DNA of 64,000 nt from Centroscyllium fabricii (lineage: Eukaryota). The notes beneath the pieces were generated by a model that was given only the letters and a program-made list of their open reading frames with translations, searched no databases and had not been told where the DNA came from. How positions within the stretch are numbered: the first letter of the stretch is position 1; every line of letters starts with the position of its first letter. The stretch lies in contig JBNRSN020000031.1 in NCBI GenBank assembly GCA_051313645.2, forward strand, positions 4,898,001 through 4,962,000, written 5' to 3'. Below are positions 1 through 13,077 of this stretch, in pieces. A program made the translations under genes and the position numbers.

Positions 1-3000
1 AACCTATTATATTCACGTAATCACATGCTGAGTTATCATTGGCCCACAGGCACCTGTAAGGACTACCTATTATATTCACGTAATCACATGATGATATATC
101 ATTGGCCCACAGGCATCTGTAAGGACTACCTATTATATTCACGTAATCACATGCTGAGTTATCATTGGCCCACAGGCATCAGTTAGGACTACCTATTATA
201 TTCACATAATCACATGCTGAATTATCATTGGCCCACAGGCATCTGTAAGGACTACCTATTATATTCACGTAATCAAATGCTGAGTTATCATTGCCCACTG
301 GCATCTGTAAGGACTACCTATTATATTCACGTAATCACATGCTGAGATATCATTGGCCCACAGGCATCTGTAAGGACTACCTATTATATTCACGTAATCA
401 CATGCTAAGTTATCATTGGCCCACAGGCATCTGTAAGGACTACCTATTATATTCACGTAATCACATTCTGAATTATCATTGGCCCACAGGCATCTGTAAG
501 GACTACCTATTATATTCCCGTAATCATATGCTGAGTTATCATTGGCCCACAGACATCTGTAAGGATTACCTTTTATATTCACGTAATCACATGCTGAGTT
601 ATCATTGCGCACAGGCATCTGTAAGGACTACCTATTATATTCCCGCAATAATATGCTGAGTTATCATTGGCCCATGGGCATCTGTAAGGTCTACCTATTA
701 TATTCACGTAATCAAATGGTGAGATATCATTGGCCCACAGGCAACTGTAAGGACTACCTATTATATTCAGGTAATCACATGCTGAATTATCATTGGCCCA
801 CAGGCATCTGCAAAAACTACCTATTATATTCACGTAATCACATGCTGAGTTATCATTGGCCCACAGGCATCTGTAAGGACTACCTGTTATATTCACGTAA
901 TCCCATGCTGAGTATTCATTGGCCCACAGGCATTTGAAAGGACTACCTATTATATTCAAGTATTCACATATTGAGTTATCATTGGCCCACAGCCATCTGT
1001 AAGGACTACCTTTTATATTCACGTAATCACATGCTGAGTTATCATTGGCCAACAGGCATCTGTAAGGACTACCTATTATATTCACGTAATCATATGTTGA
1101 GTTATCATCGGCCAACAGTCACCTGTAAGGACAACCTATTGTATTCAATGAATCACATGCTGAGTTATCATTGGCTCACAGGCATCTGTAAGGACTACCT
1201 ATTATATTCACGTAATCACATGCTGAGTTATCATTGGCCCACAGGCATCTGTAAGGACTACCTATTATATTCACGTAATCACATGCTGAGTTATCATTGG
1301 CCCACAGGCATCTGTAAGGACTACCTATTATATTCACGTAATCCCATGCTGAGATACCATTGGCCCACAGGCATCTGTAAGGACTACCTATTATATTCAC
1401 GTAATCACATGCTAAGTTATCATTGGCCCACAGGCATCTGTAAGGACTTCCTATTATATTCACGTAATCACATGCTGAATTATCATTGGCCCACAGGCAT
1501 CTGTAATGACTACCTATTATATTTACGTAATCACATGCTGAGTTATCATTGGCCCGCAGGCATCTGTAAGGACTACCAATTATATTCACGTGATCACATG
1601 CTGAGTTATCATTGGCCCACAGGCATCTGTAAGGACTACTATTGTATTCAATTAACCAAATGCTGAGTTATCATTGGCCCACAGGCATCTGTAAGGACTA
1701 CTAATGTATTCACGTAATCACATGCTGAGTTATCATTAGCCCGCAGGCATCTGTAAGGACTAACTATTATATTCACGTAATCAGACGCTGAGTTATCATT
1801 GGCCCACAGGCATCTGTAAGGACTACTATTATATTCACGTAATCACATGCTGAGTTATCATTGGCCCACTGGCATCTGTAAGGACTACTATTGTATTCAA
1901 GTATTCAAATGCTGAGTTATCATTGGCCCACAGGCATCTGTAAGGACTACTATTGTATTCACGTAATCACATGCTGAGTTATCATTGGCCCGCAGGCATC
2001 TGTAAGGGCTCCTATTATATTAACGTAATCACATGCTCAGTTATCATTGGCCCACAGGCATCTGTAAGGACTACCTATTATATTCACGTAATCACATGCT
2101 GAATTATCATTGGCCCACAGTCATTTGTAAGGGCTACCTATTATATTCTCGTAATCACATGCTGAGTTATCATTGGCCCACAGGCATCTGTAAGGACTAC
2201 CTATTTTATTCACGTAATCACATGATGAGTTATCATTGGCCCACAGGCATCTGTAAGGACTACCTATTATATTCCCGCAATAATATGCTGAGTTATCATT
2301 GGCCCATGGGCATTTGTAAGGTCTACCTATTATATTCACGTAATCAAATGCTGAGATATCATTGGCCCACAGGCTACTGTAAGGACTACCTATTATACTC
2401 AGGTAATCACATGCTGAATTATCATTGGCCCACAGATATCTGTAAAAACTACCTATTATATTCACGTAATCACATGCTGAGTTATCATTGGCCCACAGGT
2501 ATCTGTAAGGACTACCTATTATATTCACGTAATCACATGCTGAGTTATCATTGGCCGACTGGCATCTGTAAGGACTACTATTGTATTCACGTAATCTAAT
2601 GCTGAGTTATCATTGGCCTGCAGGCATCTGTAAGGACAACTATTATATTCACGTAATCACATGCTGAGTTATCATTGGCACACAGGCATCTGTAAGGACT
2701 ACCTATTATATTCACGTAATCACATGCTGAGTTATCATTTGCACACAGGCATCTGTAAGGACTACCTATTATATTCACGTAATCACATGCTGAATTATCA
2801 TTGGCCCACAGGCATCTGAAAGGACTACCAATTATATTTACGTGATCACATGCTGAGTTATCATTGGCCCACAGGCATCTGTAAGGACTACCTGTTATAT
2901 TCATGTAATCTCACGCTGAGTTATCATTGGCCCACAGGCATTTGTAAGGACTACGTATTATATTCACGTAATCACATGCTGAGTTATCATTGGCCCACAG

Positions 3001-6000
3001 GCATCTGTAAGGACTACCTATTATATTCACGTAATCACATGCTGAGTTATCATTGGCCCACAGGCATCTGTAAGGACTACCTATTATATTCACGTAATCC
3101 CATGCTGAGATACCATTGGCCCACAGGCATCTGTAAGGACTACCTATTATATTCACGTAATCACATGCTGAATTATCATTGGCCCACAGGCATCTGTAAT
3201 GACTACCTATTATATTTACGTAATCACATGCTGAGTTATCATTGGCCCGCAGGCATCTGTAAGGACTAAAATTATATTCACGTGATCACATGCTGAGTTA
3301 TCATTGGCCCACAGGCATCTGTAAGGACTACTATTGTATTCAATTAACCAAATGCTGAGTTATCATTGGCCCACAGGCATCTGTAAGGACTACTAATGTA
3401 TTCACGTAATCACATGCTGAGTTATCATTGGCCCGCAGGCATCTGTAAGGACTACCTATTATATTCACGTAATCAGATGCTGAGTTATCATTGGCCCACA
3501 GGCATCTGTAAGGACTACTATTATATTCACGTAATCACATGCTGAGTTATCATTGGCCCACTGGCTTCTGTAAGGACTACTATTGTATTCAATTAATCAA
3601 ATGCTGAGTTATCATTGGCCCACAGGCATCTGTAAGGACTATTATTGTATTCACGTAATCACATGCTGAGTTATCATTGGCCCGCAGGCATCTGTAAGGG
3701 CTCCTATTATATTCACGTAATCACATGCTGAGTTATCATTGGCCCACAGGCATCTGTAAGGACTACCTATTATATTCACGTAATCACATGCTGAATTATC
3801 TTTGGCCCACAGGCATTTGTAAGGGTTACCTATTATATTCACGTAATCACATGCTGAGTTATCATTGGCCCACAGGCATCTGTAAGGACTACCTATTTTA
3901 TTCACGTAATCACATGATGAGTTATCATTGGCCCACAGGCATCTGTAAGGACTACCTATTATATTCCCGCAATAAAATGCTGAGTTATCATTGGCCCATG
4001 GGCATCTGTAAGGTCTACCTATTATATTCACGGAATCAAATGCTGAGATATCATTGGCCCACAGGCTACTGTAACGACTACCTATTATACTCAGGTAATC
4101 ACATGCTGAATTATCATTGGCCCACAGGCATCTGTAAAAACTACCTATTATATTCACGTAATCACATGCTGAGTTATCATTGGCCCACAGGTATCTGTAA
4201 GGACTACCTATTATATTCACGTAATCACATGCTGAGTTATCATTGGCCCACTGGCATCTGTAAGGACTACGTATTATATTCACGTAATCACATGCTGAGT
4301 TATCATTCGCCCACAGGTATCTGTAAGGACTACCTATTATATTCACGTAATCACATGCTGAGTTATCATTGGCCCACAGGCTTCTGGAAGGACTACCTAT
4401 TATATTCACGTAATCACATGCTAAATTATCATTGGACCAAAGGCATCTGTAAGGACTACCTATTATATTCACGTAATCACATGTTGAGTTATCATTGGCC
4501 CACAGGCATCTGTAAGGACTACCTATTATACTCACGTAATCACATGCTGAGTTATCATTGGCCCACAGGCATCTGTAAGGACTACATATTATATTGACGT
4601 AATCACATGCTGAATTATGATTGGCCCACAGGCATCTGGAAGGACTACCTATTATATTCACGTAATCACATGCTGAGTTATCATTGGCCACAGGCATCTG
4701 TAAGGACAACCTATTATATTCACGTAATCACATGCTGAGTTATCATTGGACCACAGGCATCTTTAAGGACTACCTATTATATTCACGTAATCAAATGCTG
4801 AGTTATCATTGGCCTGCAGGCATCTGTAAGGACTGCCTATTATATTCACGTAATCACATGCTGAGTTATCATTGGCCCACAGGCATCTGTAAGGACTAAC
4901 TATTATATTCACGTAATCACATGCTGAGTTATCATTGGCGACAGGCATCTCTAAAGACTACCTATTATATTCACGTAATCACATGCTGAGTTATCATTGG
5001 CCCACAGGCATCTGTAAGGACTACCTTTTATATTCACGTAATCACATGCTGAATTATCATTGGCCCACAGGCATCTGTAAGGACAACCTATTATATTCAC
5101 GTAATCACATGCTGAGTTATCATTGGCCCACAGGCACCTGTAAGGACTACCTATTATATTCACGTAATCATATGATGATATATCATTGGCCCACAGGCAT
5201 CTGTAAGGACTACCTATTATATTCACGTAATCACATGCTGAGTTATCATTGGCCCACAGGCATCAGTTAGGACTACCTATTATATTCACATAATCACATG
5301 CTGAATTATCATTGGCCCACAGGCATCTGTAAGGTCTACCTATTATATTCACGTAATCAAATGCTGAGTTATCATTGCCCACTGGCATCTGTAAGGACTA
5401 CCTATTATATTCACGTAATCACATGCTGAGATATCATTGGCCCACAGGCATCTGTAAGGACTACCTATTATATTCACGTAATCACATGCTAAGTTATCAT
5501 TGTCCCACAGGCATCTGTAAGGACTACCTATTATATTCACGTAATCACATTCTGAATTATCATTGGCCCACAGGCATCTGTAAGGACAACCTATTGTATT
5601 CAATGAATCACATGCTGAGTTATCATTGGCTCACAGGCATCTGTAAGGACTACCTATTATATTCACGTAATCACATGCTGAGTTATCATTGGCCCACAGG
5701 CATCTCTAAGGACCACCAATTATATTCACGTAGTCACATGCTGAGTTATCATTGGCCCACAGGCATCTGTAAGGACTACCTATTATATTCACGTAATCAC
5801 ATGCTGAGTTATCATTGGCCCGCAGGCATCTGGAAGGACTACCTATTATATTCACGTAATCACATGCTGAATTATCATTGAACCAAAGGCATCTGTAAGG
5901 TCTGTCTATTATATTCACGTAATCACATGCTGTGTTATCATTGGCCACAGGCATCTGTAAAGACTACCTATTATATTCATGTTATCACATGCTGAGTTAT

Positions 6001-9000
6001 CATTGGCCCACAGGCATCTGTAAGGACTACCTTTTATATTCACGTAATCACATGATGAATTATCATTGGCCCACAGGCATCTTTAAGGACTACCTATTAT
6101 ATTCTCGTAATCAGATGCTGAGTTATCATTGGCCCACAGGCATCTGTAAGGACTACCTTTTATATTCACGTAATCACATGCTGAATTATCATTGGCCCAC
6201 AGGCATCTGTAAGGACTACCTATTATATTCTCGTAATCACATGCTGAGTTATCATTGGCCCACAGGCATCTGTAAGGACTACCTATTATATTCACGTATT
6301 CACATGCAGAGATATCATCGGCCAACAGTTATCTTTAAGGACAACCTATTGTATTCAAGTAAACACATGCTGAGTTATCATTGGCCCACAGGCATCTGTA
6401 AGGACTACCTATTATATTAACGTAATCACATGCTGAGTTATCATTAGCCCACAGGCATCTGTAAGGACTACCTATTATATTCACGTAATCACATGCTGAA
6501 TTATCATTGGCCCACAGGCATCTGTAAGGACAACCTATTATATTCACGTAATCACATGCTGAGTTATCATTGGCCCACAGGCACCTGTAAGGACTACCTA
6601 TTATATTCACGTAATCAAATGCTGAGATATCACTGGCCCACAGGCATCTGTAAGGACTACCAATTATATTCACGTAATCACATGCTGAGTTATCATTGGC
6701 CCACAGGCATCAGTTAGGACTACCTATTATATTCACATAATCACATGCTGAATTATCATTGGCCCACAGGCATCTGTAAGGACTACCTATTATATTCACG
6801 TAATCAAATGCTGAGTTATCATTGCCCACTGGCATCTGTAAGGACTACCTATTATATTCACGTAATCACATGCTGAGATATCATTGGCCCACAGGCATCT
6901 GTAAGGACTACCTATTATATTCCCGTAATCACATGCTAAGTTATCATTGGCCCACAGGCTTCTGTAAGGACTACCTATTATATTCACGTAATCCCATGCT
7001 GAGTATTCATTGGCCCACAGGCATTTGGAAGGACTACCTATTATATTCACCTATTCACATATTGAGTTATCATTGGCCCACAGCCATCTGTAAGGACTAC
7101 CTTTTATATTCACGTAATCACATGCTGAGTTATCATTGCGCACAGGCATCTGTATGGACTACCTATTATATTCCCGCAATAATATGCTGAGTTATCATCG
7201 GCCAACAGTCACCTGTAAGGACAACCTATTGTATTCAATGAATCACATGCTGAGTTATCATTGGCCCACAGGCATCAGTTAGGACTACCTATTATATTCA
7301 CATAATCACATGCTGAATTATCATTGGCCCACAGGCATCTGTAAGGACTACCTATTATATTCACGTAATCAAATGCTGAGTTATCATTGCCCACTGGCAT
7401 CTGTAAGGACTACCTATTATATTCACGTAATCACATGCTGAGATATCATTGGCCCACAGGCATCTGTAAGGACTACCTATTATATTCCCGTAATCACATG
7501 CTAAGTTATCATTGGCCCACAGGCTTCTGTAAGGACTACCTATTATATTCACGTAATCCCATGCTGAGTATTCATTGGCCCACAGGCATTTGGAAGGACT
7601 ACCTATTATATTCACCTATTCACATATTGAGTTATCATTGGCCCACAGCCATCTGTAAGGACTACCTTTTATATTCACGTAATCACATGCTGAGTTATCA
7701 TTGCGCACAGGCATCTGTATGGACTACCTATTATATTCCCGCAATAATATGCTGAGTTATCATCGGCCAACAGTCACCTGTAAGGACAACCTATTGTATT
7801 CAATGAATCACATGCTGAGTTATCATTGGCTACAGGCATCTGTAAGGACTACCTTTTATATTCACGTAATCACATGCTGAATTATCATTGGCCCACAGGC
7901 ATCTGTAAGGACTACCTATTATATTCTCGTAATCACATGCTGAGTTATCATTGGCCCACAGGCATCTGTAAGGACTACCTATTATATTCACGTATTCACA
8001 TGCAGAGATATCATCGGCCAACAGTTATCTTTAAGGACAACCTATTGTATTCAAGTAAACACATGCTGAGTTATCATTGGCCCACAGGCATCTGTAAGGA
8101 CTACCTATTATATTAACGTAATCACATGCTGAGTTATCATTAGCCCACAGGCATCTGTAAGGACTACCTATTATATTCACGTAATCACATGCTGAATTAT
8201 CATTGGCCCACAGGCATCTGTAAGGACAACCTATTATATTCACGTAATCACATGCTGAGTTATCATTGGCCCACAGGCACCTGTAAGGACTACCTATTAT
8301 ATTCACGTAATCAAATGCTGAGATATCATTGGCCCACAGGCATCTGTAAGGACTACCAATTATATTCACGTAATCACATGCTGAGTTATCATTGGCCCAC
8401 AGGCATCAGTTAGGACTACCTATTATATTCACATAATCACATGCTGAATTATCATTGGCCCACAGGCATCTGTAAGGACTACCTATTATATTCACGTAAT
8501 CAAATGCTGAGTTATCATTGCCCACTGGCATCTGTAAGGACTACCTATTATATTCACGTAATCACATGCTGAGATATCATTGGCCCACAGGCATCTGTAA
8601 GGACTACCTATTATATTCCCGTAATCACATGCTAAGTTATCATTGGCCCACAGGCTTCTGTAAGGACTACCTATTATATTCACGTAATCCCATGCTGAGT
8701 ATTCATTGGCCCACAGGCATTTGGAAGGACTACCTATTATATTCACCTATTCACATATTGAGTTATCATTGGCCCACAGCCATCTGTAAGGACTACCTTT
8801 TATATTCACGTAATCACATGCTGAGTTATCATTGCGCACAGGCATCTGTATGGACTACCTATTATATTCCCGCAATAATATGCTGAGTTATCATCGGCCA
8901 ACAGTCACCTGTAAGGACAACCTATTGTATTCAATGAATCACATGCTGAGTTATCATTGGCTACAGGCATCTGTAAGGACTACCTATTATATTCACGTAA

Positions 9001-9998
9001 TCACATGCTGAGTTATCATTGGCCCACAGGCATCTGTAAGGACTACCTATTATATTCACGTAATCACATGCTGAGTTATCATTGGCCCACAGGCATCTGT
9101 AAGGACTACCTATTATATTCACGTAATCACATGCTGAGTTATCATTGGCCCACAGGCATCTGGTAGGACTACCTATTATATTCATGTAATCACATGCGGA
9201 ATTATCATTGGAACAAAGGCATCTGTAAGTACTACTATTGTATTCACGTAATCAAATGCTGAGTTAACATTGGCCCACAGGCATCTGTAAGAACTATCTA
9301 TTATATTTACGTAATCACATGCTGAGTTATCATTGGCCCACAGGCATCTGGAAGGACTACCTATTATATTCAGGTAATCACATGCTGAGTTATCATTGGC
9401 CCGCAGGCATCTGGAAGGACTACCTATTATATTCACGTAATCACATGCTGAATTATCATTGGACCAAAGGCATCTGTAAGGACTACCTATTATTTTCACT
9501 TAATCACATACTGAGTATTCATTGGCCCACAGGCATCTGTAAGGACTACCTATTATATTCACGTAATCACATGCTGAGTTACCATTGGCCCACAGGCATC
9601 TGGAAGGACTACCTATTATATTCACGTATTCACATGCTGAGTTATCATTGGCCACAGGCATCTGTAAGGTCAACCTATTATATTCACGTAATCACATGCT
9701 GAGTTATCATTGGCCCACAGGCATCTGTAAGGACTACCTATTATATTCACGTAATCACATGCTGAGTTATCATTGGGCCACAGGCATCTGTAAGGACTAC
9801 CTATTATATTCACGTAATCACATGCTGAGTTATCATTGGCCCACAGGCATCTGGAAGGACTATCTATTATATTCACGTAATCACATGCTGAGTTATCATT
9901 GGCCACAGGCATCTGTAAGGTCAACCTATTATATTCACGTAATCACATGCTGAGTTATCATTGGCCCACAGGCATCTGTAAGGACTACCTATTATATT
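1..9998. repeat. 63-bp tandem satellite array, segment 1 (continues beyond the left edge)
   Basis: Continuous head-to-tail copies of the 63-bp unit with scattered substitutions and 1-bp deletions. It gives a 21-aa periodicity in the ORF track. Confidence 0.99.
9987..9998 (+). repeat. Left target-site duplication of the LINE (right copy at 13078-13089)
   Basis: ACCTATTATATT lies on both sides of the insert and occurs once per satellite monomer. Confidence 0.92.
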
Positions 9999-12900
9999 AT
10001 GTTTAAACTAATTCTGCCACCACCATATACGCAAAGGATCTATCTCAGCGAAAAACGTCTGACAAAGCGACCAACATCATGCCCGGAGACCGAAGCAGAC
10101 GTCGGTGTCAAAAACTCGGGTCTTCTTCAAGACCGGCACTGACTGTTTTGTCTGCAAATATGGAAGGGCTGTCAACAGCGAAACAAGATCTACTCGCTGC
10201 GATTTGCAAGGAAATGCAATGCGACGTCCTATGCCTACAAGAGACACATCGCGGCAGTGAAAACAATCGCCCTGCGATACCCAAAATGACTATGGCAATT
10301 GAAAGACCACATCGCCAATACGGAAGTGCCATCTTCATCAAAACGGACTCAGTCATAGAACCTACAGCTAAAACGGAGGTAAACAACATCGAAATTCTAA
10401 CGGTAGAGTTTAGCAGAGCCATGGTCACCTCTGTGTATAAACCTCCAAATGTAGAATTCACTTTCACAAATCCCCTACCAAACCCGCATAACAAGGCGCA
10501 GATTGTAATCGGAGACTTCAACAGTCACAACACCCAATGGGGGTACACTGAAACTAATTCTGATGGAGAAGCAGTGGAGGAATGGATGGACGCCAACCAG
10601 CTTAGCCTCATCCACGACCCGAAACAGCTGAGTTCCTTCAACAGTGCTAGATGGAAGCGGGGATCCAACCCAGACCTTGTATTAACAAGCAATAACATCG
10701 CTGGCTCCAGTAAGAAACTTGTTTTGGATGTAATACCAAGAACGCAACACCGCCCCATTGGTGTCCAGATACAAGCTGCAGTGGTACCAACCACTGTCCC
10801 ATTTAGAAGACGCTTCAATTTTAAAAAGGCAAACTGGGAAGAATTCACACAAGAACTGGATCATAAGGCCAGATACATCAAACCACTCCCAGAGAATTAC
10901 TGCCTGTTCATCAAAGCAGTTCAGAAAACAGCTAGAAGGAAAATCCCCCGAGGATGCAGGATGAATTACATCCCTGGCATAACCCCTGAGAATGCTGAAC
11001 TTTATAATGACTACATCACCATGTTCGAATCTGATCCCTTCTCCGAAGAAACAATAACAACAGGAGAACAGCTGATGATCAGTATCTCCCAAGAGCGCCA
11101 AAACACCTGGAATACTCTGATAGAGACAACGGACATGTCAAAGAACAGCAAGAAAGCATGGGCTCTCATTCACAAACTCGGAGGAAATCCGAAGACAACC
11201 AAAGAACACTGCAACACCACTGCTGAACAAGTTGCCCACCAACTGCTGCTGAATGGAAAAGGCCCTAAGAAACGACAACAAAAAGCCAAACTAGACCGAA
11301 AAACGTACCATGCAAACCCAGGCTTCACAAGACCTTTCACTATGACTGAACTGGAAACAGGAATACATAGTTTGAAACCAGGGAAAGCAGTTGGTCTGGA
11401 TAACATCGCAACAGAGCAGATCAAGTACTTTGGAGAACAAACAAAGGTATGGCTCCTCAACCTATTCAATAACTGTATGGCTACACATAAGCTTCCAAAC
11501 ATCTGGCTCAAGGCACATGTACTAGCACTCCTGAAACCAGGGAAGGACCCGTCTTATCCTAAAAGTTTCCGGCCAATCTCACTTCTATGTCACACATACA
11601 AGCTGTTTGAGCGCCTGATACTGAACAGGATTGCACCATCCATAGACGAGAAGATCATCCCAGAGCAAACAGGGTTCCGTCCAGGCAAATCGACAACCAG
11701 CCAACTCGTCAACCTCACTCAACACATTGAGGATGGATTTGAGAGAGGACAGATTACCGGTGCTGTTTTCGTGGACTTGTCTGCTGCCTACGACACAGTC
11801 AACCACAGACGACTCCTATGTAAGATCCTGGAGATCACAAAAGATACCGACCTAACAGAGCTAATGGAAGCCATGCTCCAGAACTGCAGATTCTACGTCG
11901 AATTAGGCGGAAAACGAAGCAGATGGCGCAACCAGAAGAATGGCCTCCCACAAGGCAGCGTGCTTGCCCCACTTCAGTACAACATCTATACAAACGACCA
12001 ACCCAGAGATGATGTCACCCGTCGTTTTGCATATGCAGATGACCTGTGCATCACCGCCCAAGGAACAGACTTCATTAGTATTGAGGAAACGCTCAACGAC
12101 GCCCTCTCAGGATTAACAACCTACTATGAAGAGAGCCATCTACGTGCCAACCCAGCAAAAACACAAGTATGCGCTTTTCACCTGAGAAACAAGGAAGCTA
12201 AGCGCCAACTGAATGTGTCTTGGTGTGGAATACCACTGTCACACTCTGAGCACCATGTCTACCTCGGAGTCACACTCGACAGATGCCTTACATTCAAAAC
12301 CCACATCATGAAGACAAAGGCAAAAGTGAGCACCCGCAACAACATCCTGCGCAAACTCGCCAAGACACTACGTGCCACAGCCCTTGCCCTCAGCTTCTCT
12401 ACTGCAGAATATGCCAGCCCAGCGTGGGAAAGATCAACCCATGCTAAAAAACTGGACCCCGCTCTTAACGAGAGCTGCAGATGTATCACTGGGTGCCTGA
12501 AGCCCACTAACACCAACGACCTGTACATCCTGGCAGGTATCGCCCCTCCAGACATCAGAAGAGCGGTAGCCAGCAGGACAGAGCGGCGCAGGCAAACCAC
12601 AGATGAGAGGCACCCCCTACATGGCCATGTACCTGCCCCCAGCCGACTAAAATCACGGAGAAGTTTCCTGACCAGCACTGCTCCACTGGAGACAACACCA
12701 TCTGAAGCCCGCCTTAAAATGTGGAAGGAAAAGCTGTCCAAACACCCACACAGCTCGACTATGCTCATCCCCCCTGCTGAAACCCTCCCACCAGGAGATA
12801 ACAACTGGGCAAAATGGAAGTGCTTGAACCGACTCCGCTCAGGTGTTGGCCGTTCCAGGGAAGCCCTAAGCAGATGGGGTTATCTTAGTGGCCCAACCAC

Positions 12901-13077
12901 ATGTGACTGTGGCACAGAACCCCAGACCATGGAGCACCTCCTTCGATGTCCTCTGTTAGGTGGACCCTGCACAGCAAAGGACCTAGCACTCTACAACATC
13001 AAGGGACAGCAATGTACCAAGCACTGGTTGGAAGTTATATAAGCTGAATAGCTTTGTATATGGACACGAAGAAGAAG
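9999..13077 (+). mobile_element. Non-LTR retrotransposon with a single APE-RT-CCHC ORF and no RNase H; I-group, probably Ingi-related Vingi clade
   Basis: Non-satellite 3.08-kb insert flanked by the perfect direct repeat ACCTATTATATT (9987-9998 and 13078-13089). It has an 80-bp leader, a very short 3'UTR and a GAAGAAGAAG tail (13068-13077). LINE identity is certain. The clade call rests on size, domain layout and recalled motifs. Confidence 0.9.
10079..13042 (+). CDS. 987-aa endonuclease/reverse transcriptase polyprotein
   Basis: APE motifs SANMEG, LCLQETH, VYKPP, IGDFNSH, NPDL and TQHRPI. RT motifs FRPISLL, QTGFRPGKST, FVDLSAAYDTV, GLPQGSVLAP, YADD and YLGVTLD. C-terminal CDC-x8-H-x3-C zinc knuckle. 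No stops or frameshifts. Confidence 0.96.
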   Translation: MPGDRSRRRCQKLGSSSRPALTVLSANMEGLSTAKQDLLAAICKEMQCDVLCLQETHRGSENNRPAIPKMTMAIERPHRQYGSAIFIKTDSVIEPTAKTEVNNIEILTVEFSRAMVTSVYKPPNVEFTFTNPLPNPHNKAQIVIGDFNSHNTQWGYTETNSDGEAVEEWMDANQLSLIHDPKQLSSFNSARWKRGSNPDLVLTSNNIAGSSKKLVLDVIPRTQHRPIGVQIQAAVVPTTVPFRRRFNFKKANWEEFTQELDHKARYIKPLPENYCLFIKAVQKTARRKIPRGCRMNYIPGITPENAELYNDYITMFESDPFSEETITTGEQLMISISQERQNTWNTLIETTDMSKNSKKAWALIHKLGGNPKTTKEHCNTTAEQVAHQLLLNGKGPKKRQQKAKLDRKTYHANPGFTRPFTMTELETGIHSLKPGKAVGLDNIATEQIKYFGEQTKVWLLNLFNNCMATHKLPNIWLKAHVLALLKPGKDPSYPKSFRPISLLCHTYKLFERLILNRIAPSIDEKIIPEQTGFRPGKSTTSQLVNLTQHIEDGFERGQITGAVFVDLSAAYDTVNHRRLLCKILEITKDTDLTELMEAMLQNCRFYVELGGKRSRWRNQKNGLPQGSVLAPLQYNIYTNDQPRDDVTRRFAYADDLCITAQGTDFISIEETLNDALSGLTTYYEESHLRANPAKTQVCAFHLRNKEAKRQLNVSWCGIPLSHSEHHVYLGVTLDRCLTFKTHIMKTKAKVSTRNNILRKLAKTLRATALALSFSTAEYASPAWERSTHAKKLDPALNESCRCITGCLKPTNTNDLYILAGIAPPDIRRAVASRTERRRQTTDERHPLHGHVPAPSRLKSRRSFLTSTAPLETTPSEARLKMWKEKLSKHPHSSTMLIPPAETLPPGDNNWAKWKCLNRLRSGVGRSREALSRWGYLSGPTTCDCGTEPQTMEHLLRCPLLGGPCTAKDLALYNIKGQQCTKHWLEVI

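Noticed and set aside
4-66. Monomer derived from three 21-bp subrepeats
   Set aside because: The thirds do not align. Only a short TCACGT/TCACAT direct repeat and a 4-bp ACAG/CTGT dyad are visible.
3651-4709. Resemblance of C-x-x-VNIIGSPYRC to calcium-binding EGF motifs, and of the + frame to Cys/His zinc fingers
   Set aside because: Cys/His number and spacing do not fit EGF (6 Cys) or C2H2 (28-aa period). There is no signal peptide or exon structure.
10108-12804. Antisense and alternate-frame ORFs over the LINEs (also 25902-26528 and 41881-43476)
   Set aside because: These are shadow ORFs of the RT coding sequence with no recognisable motifs.
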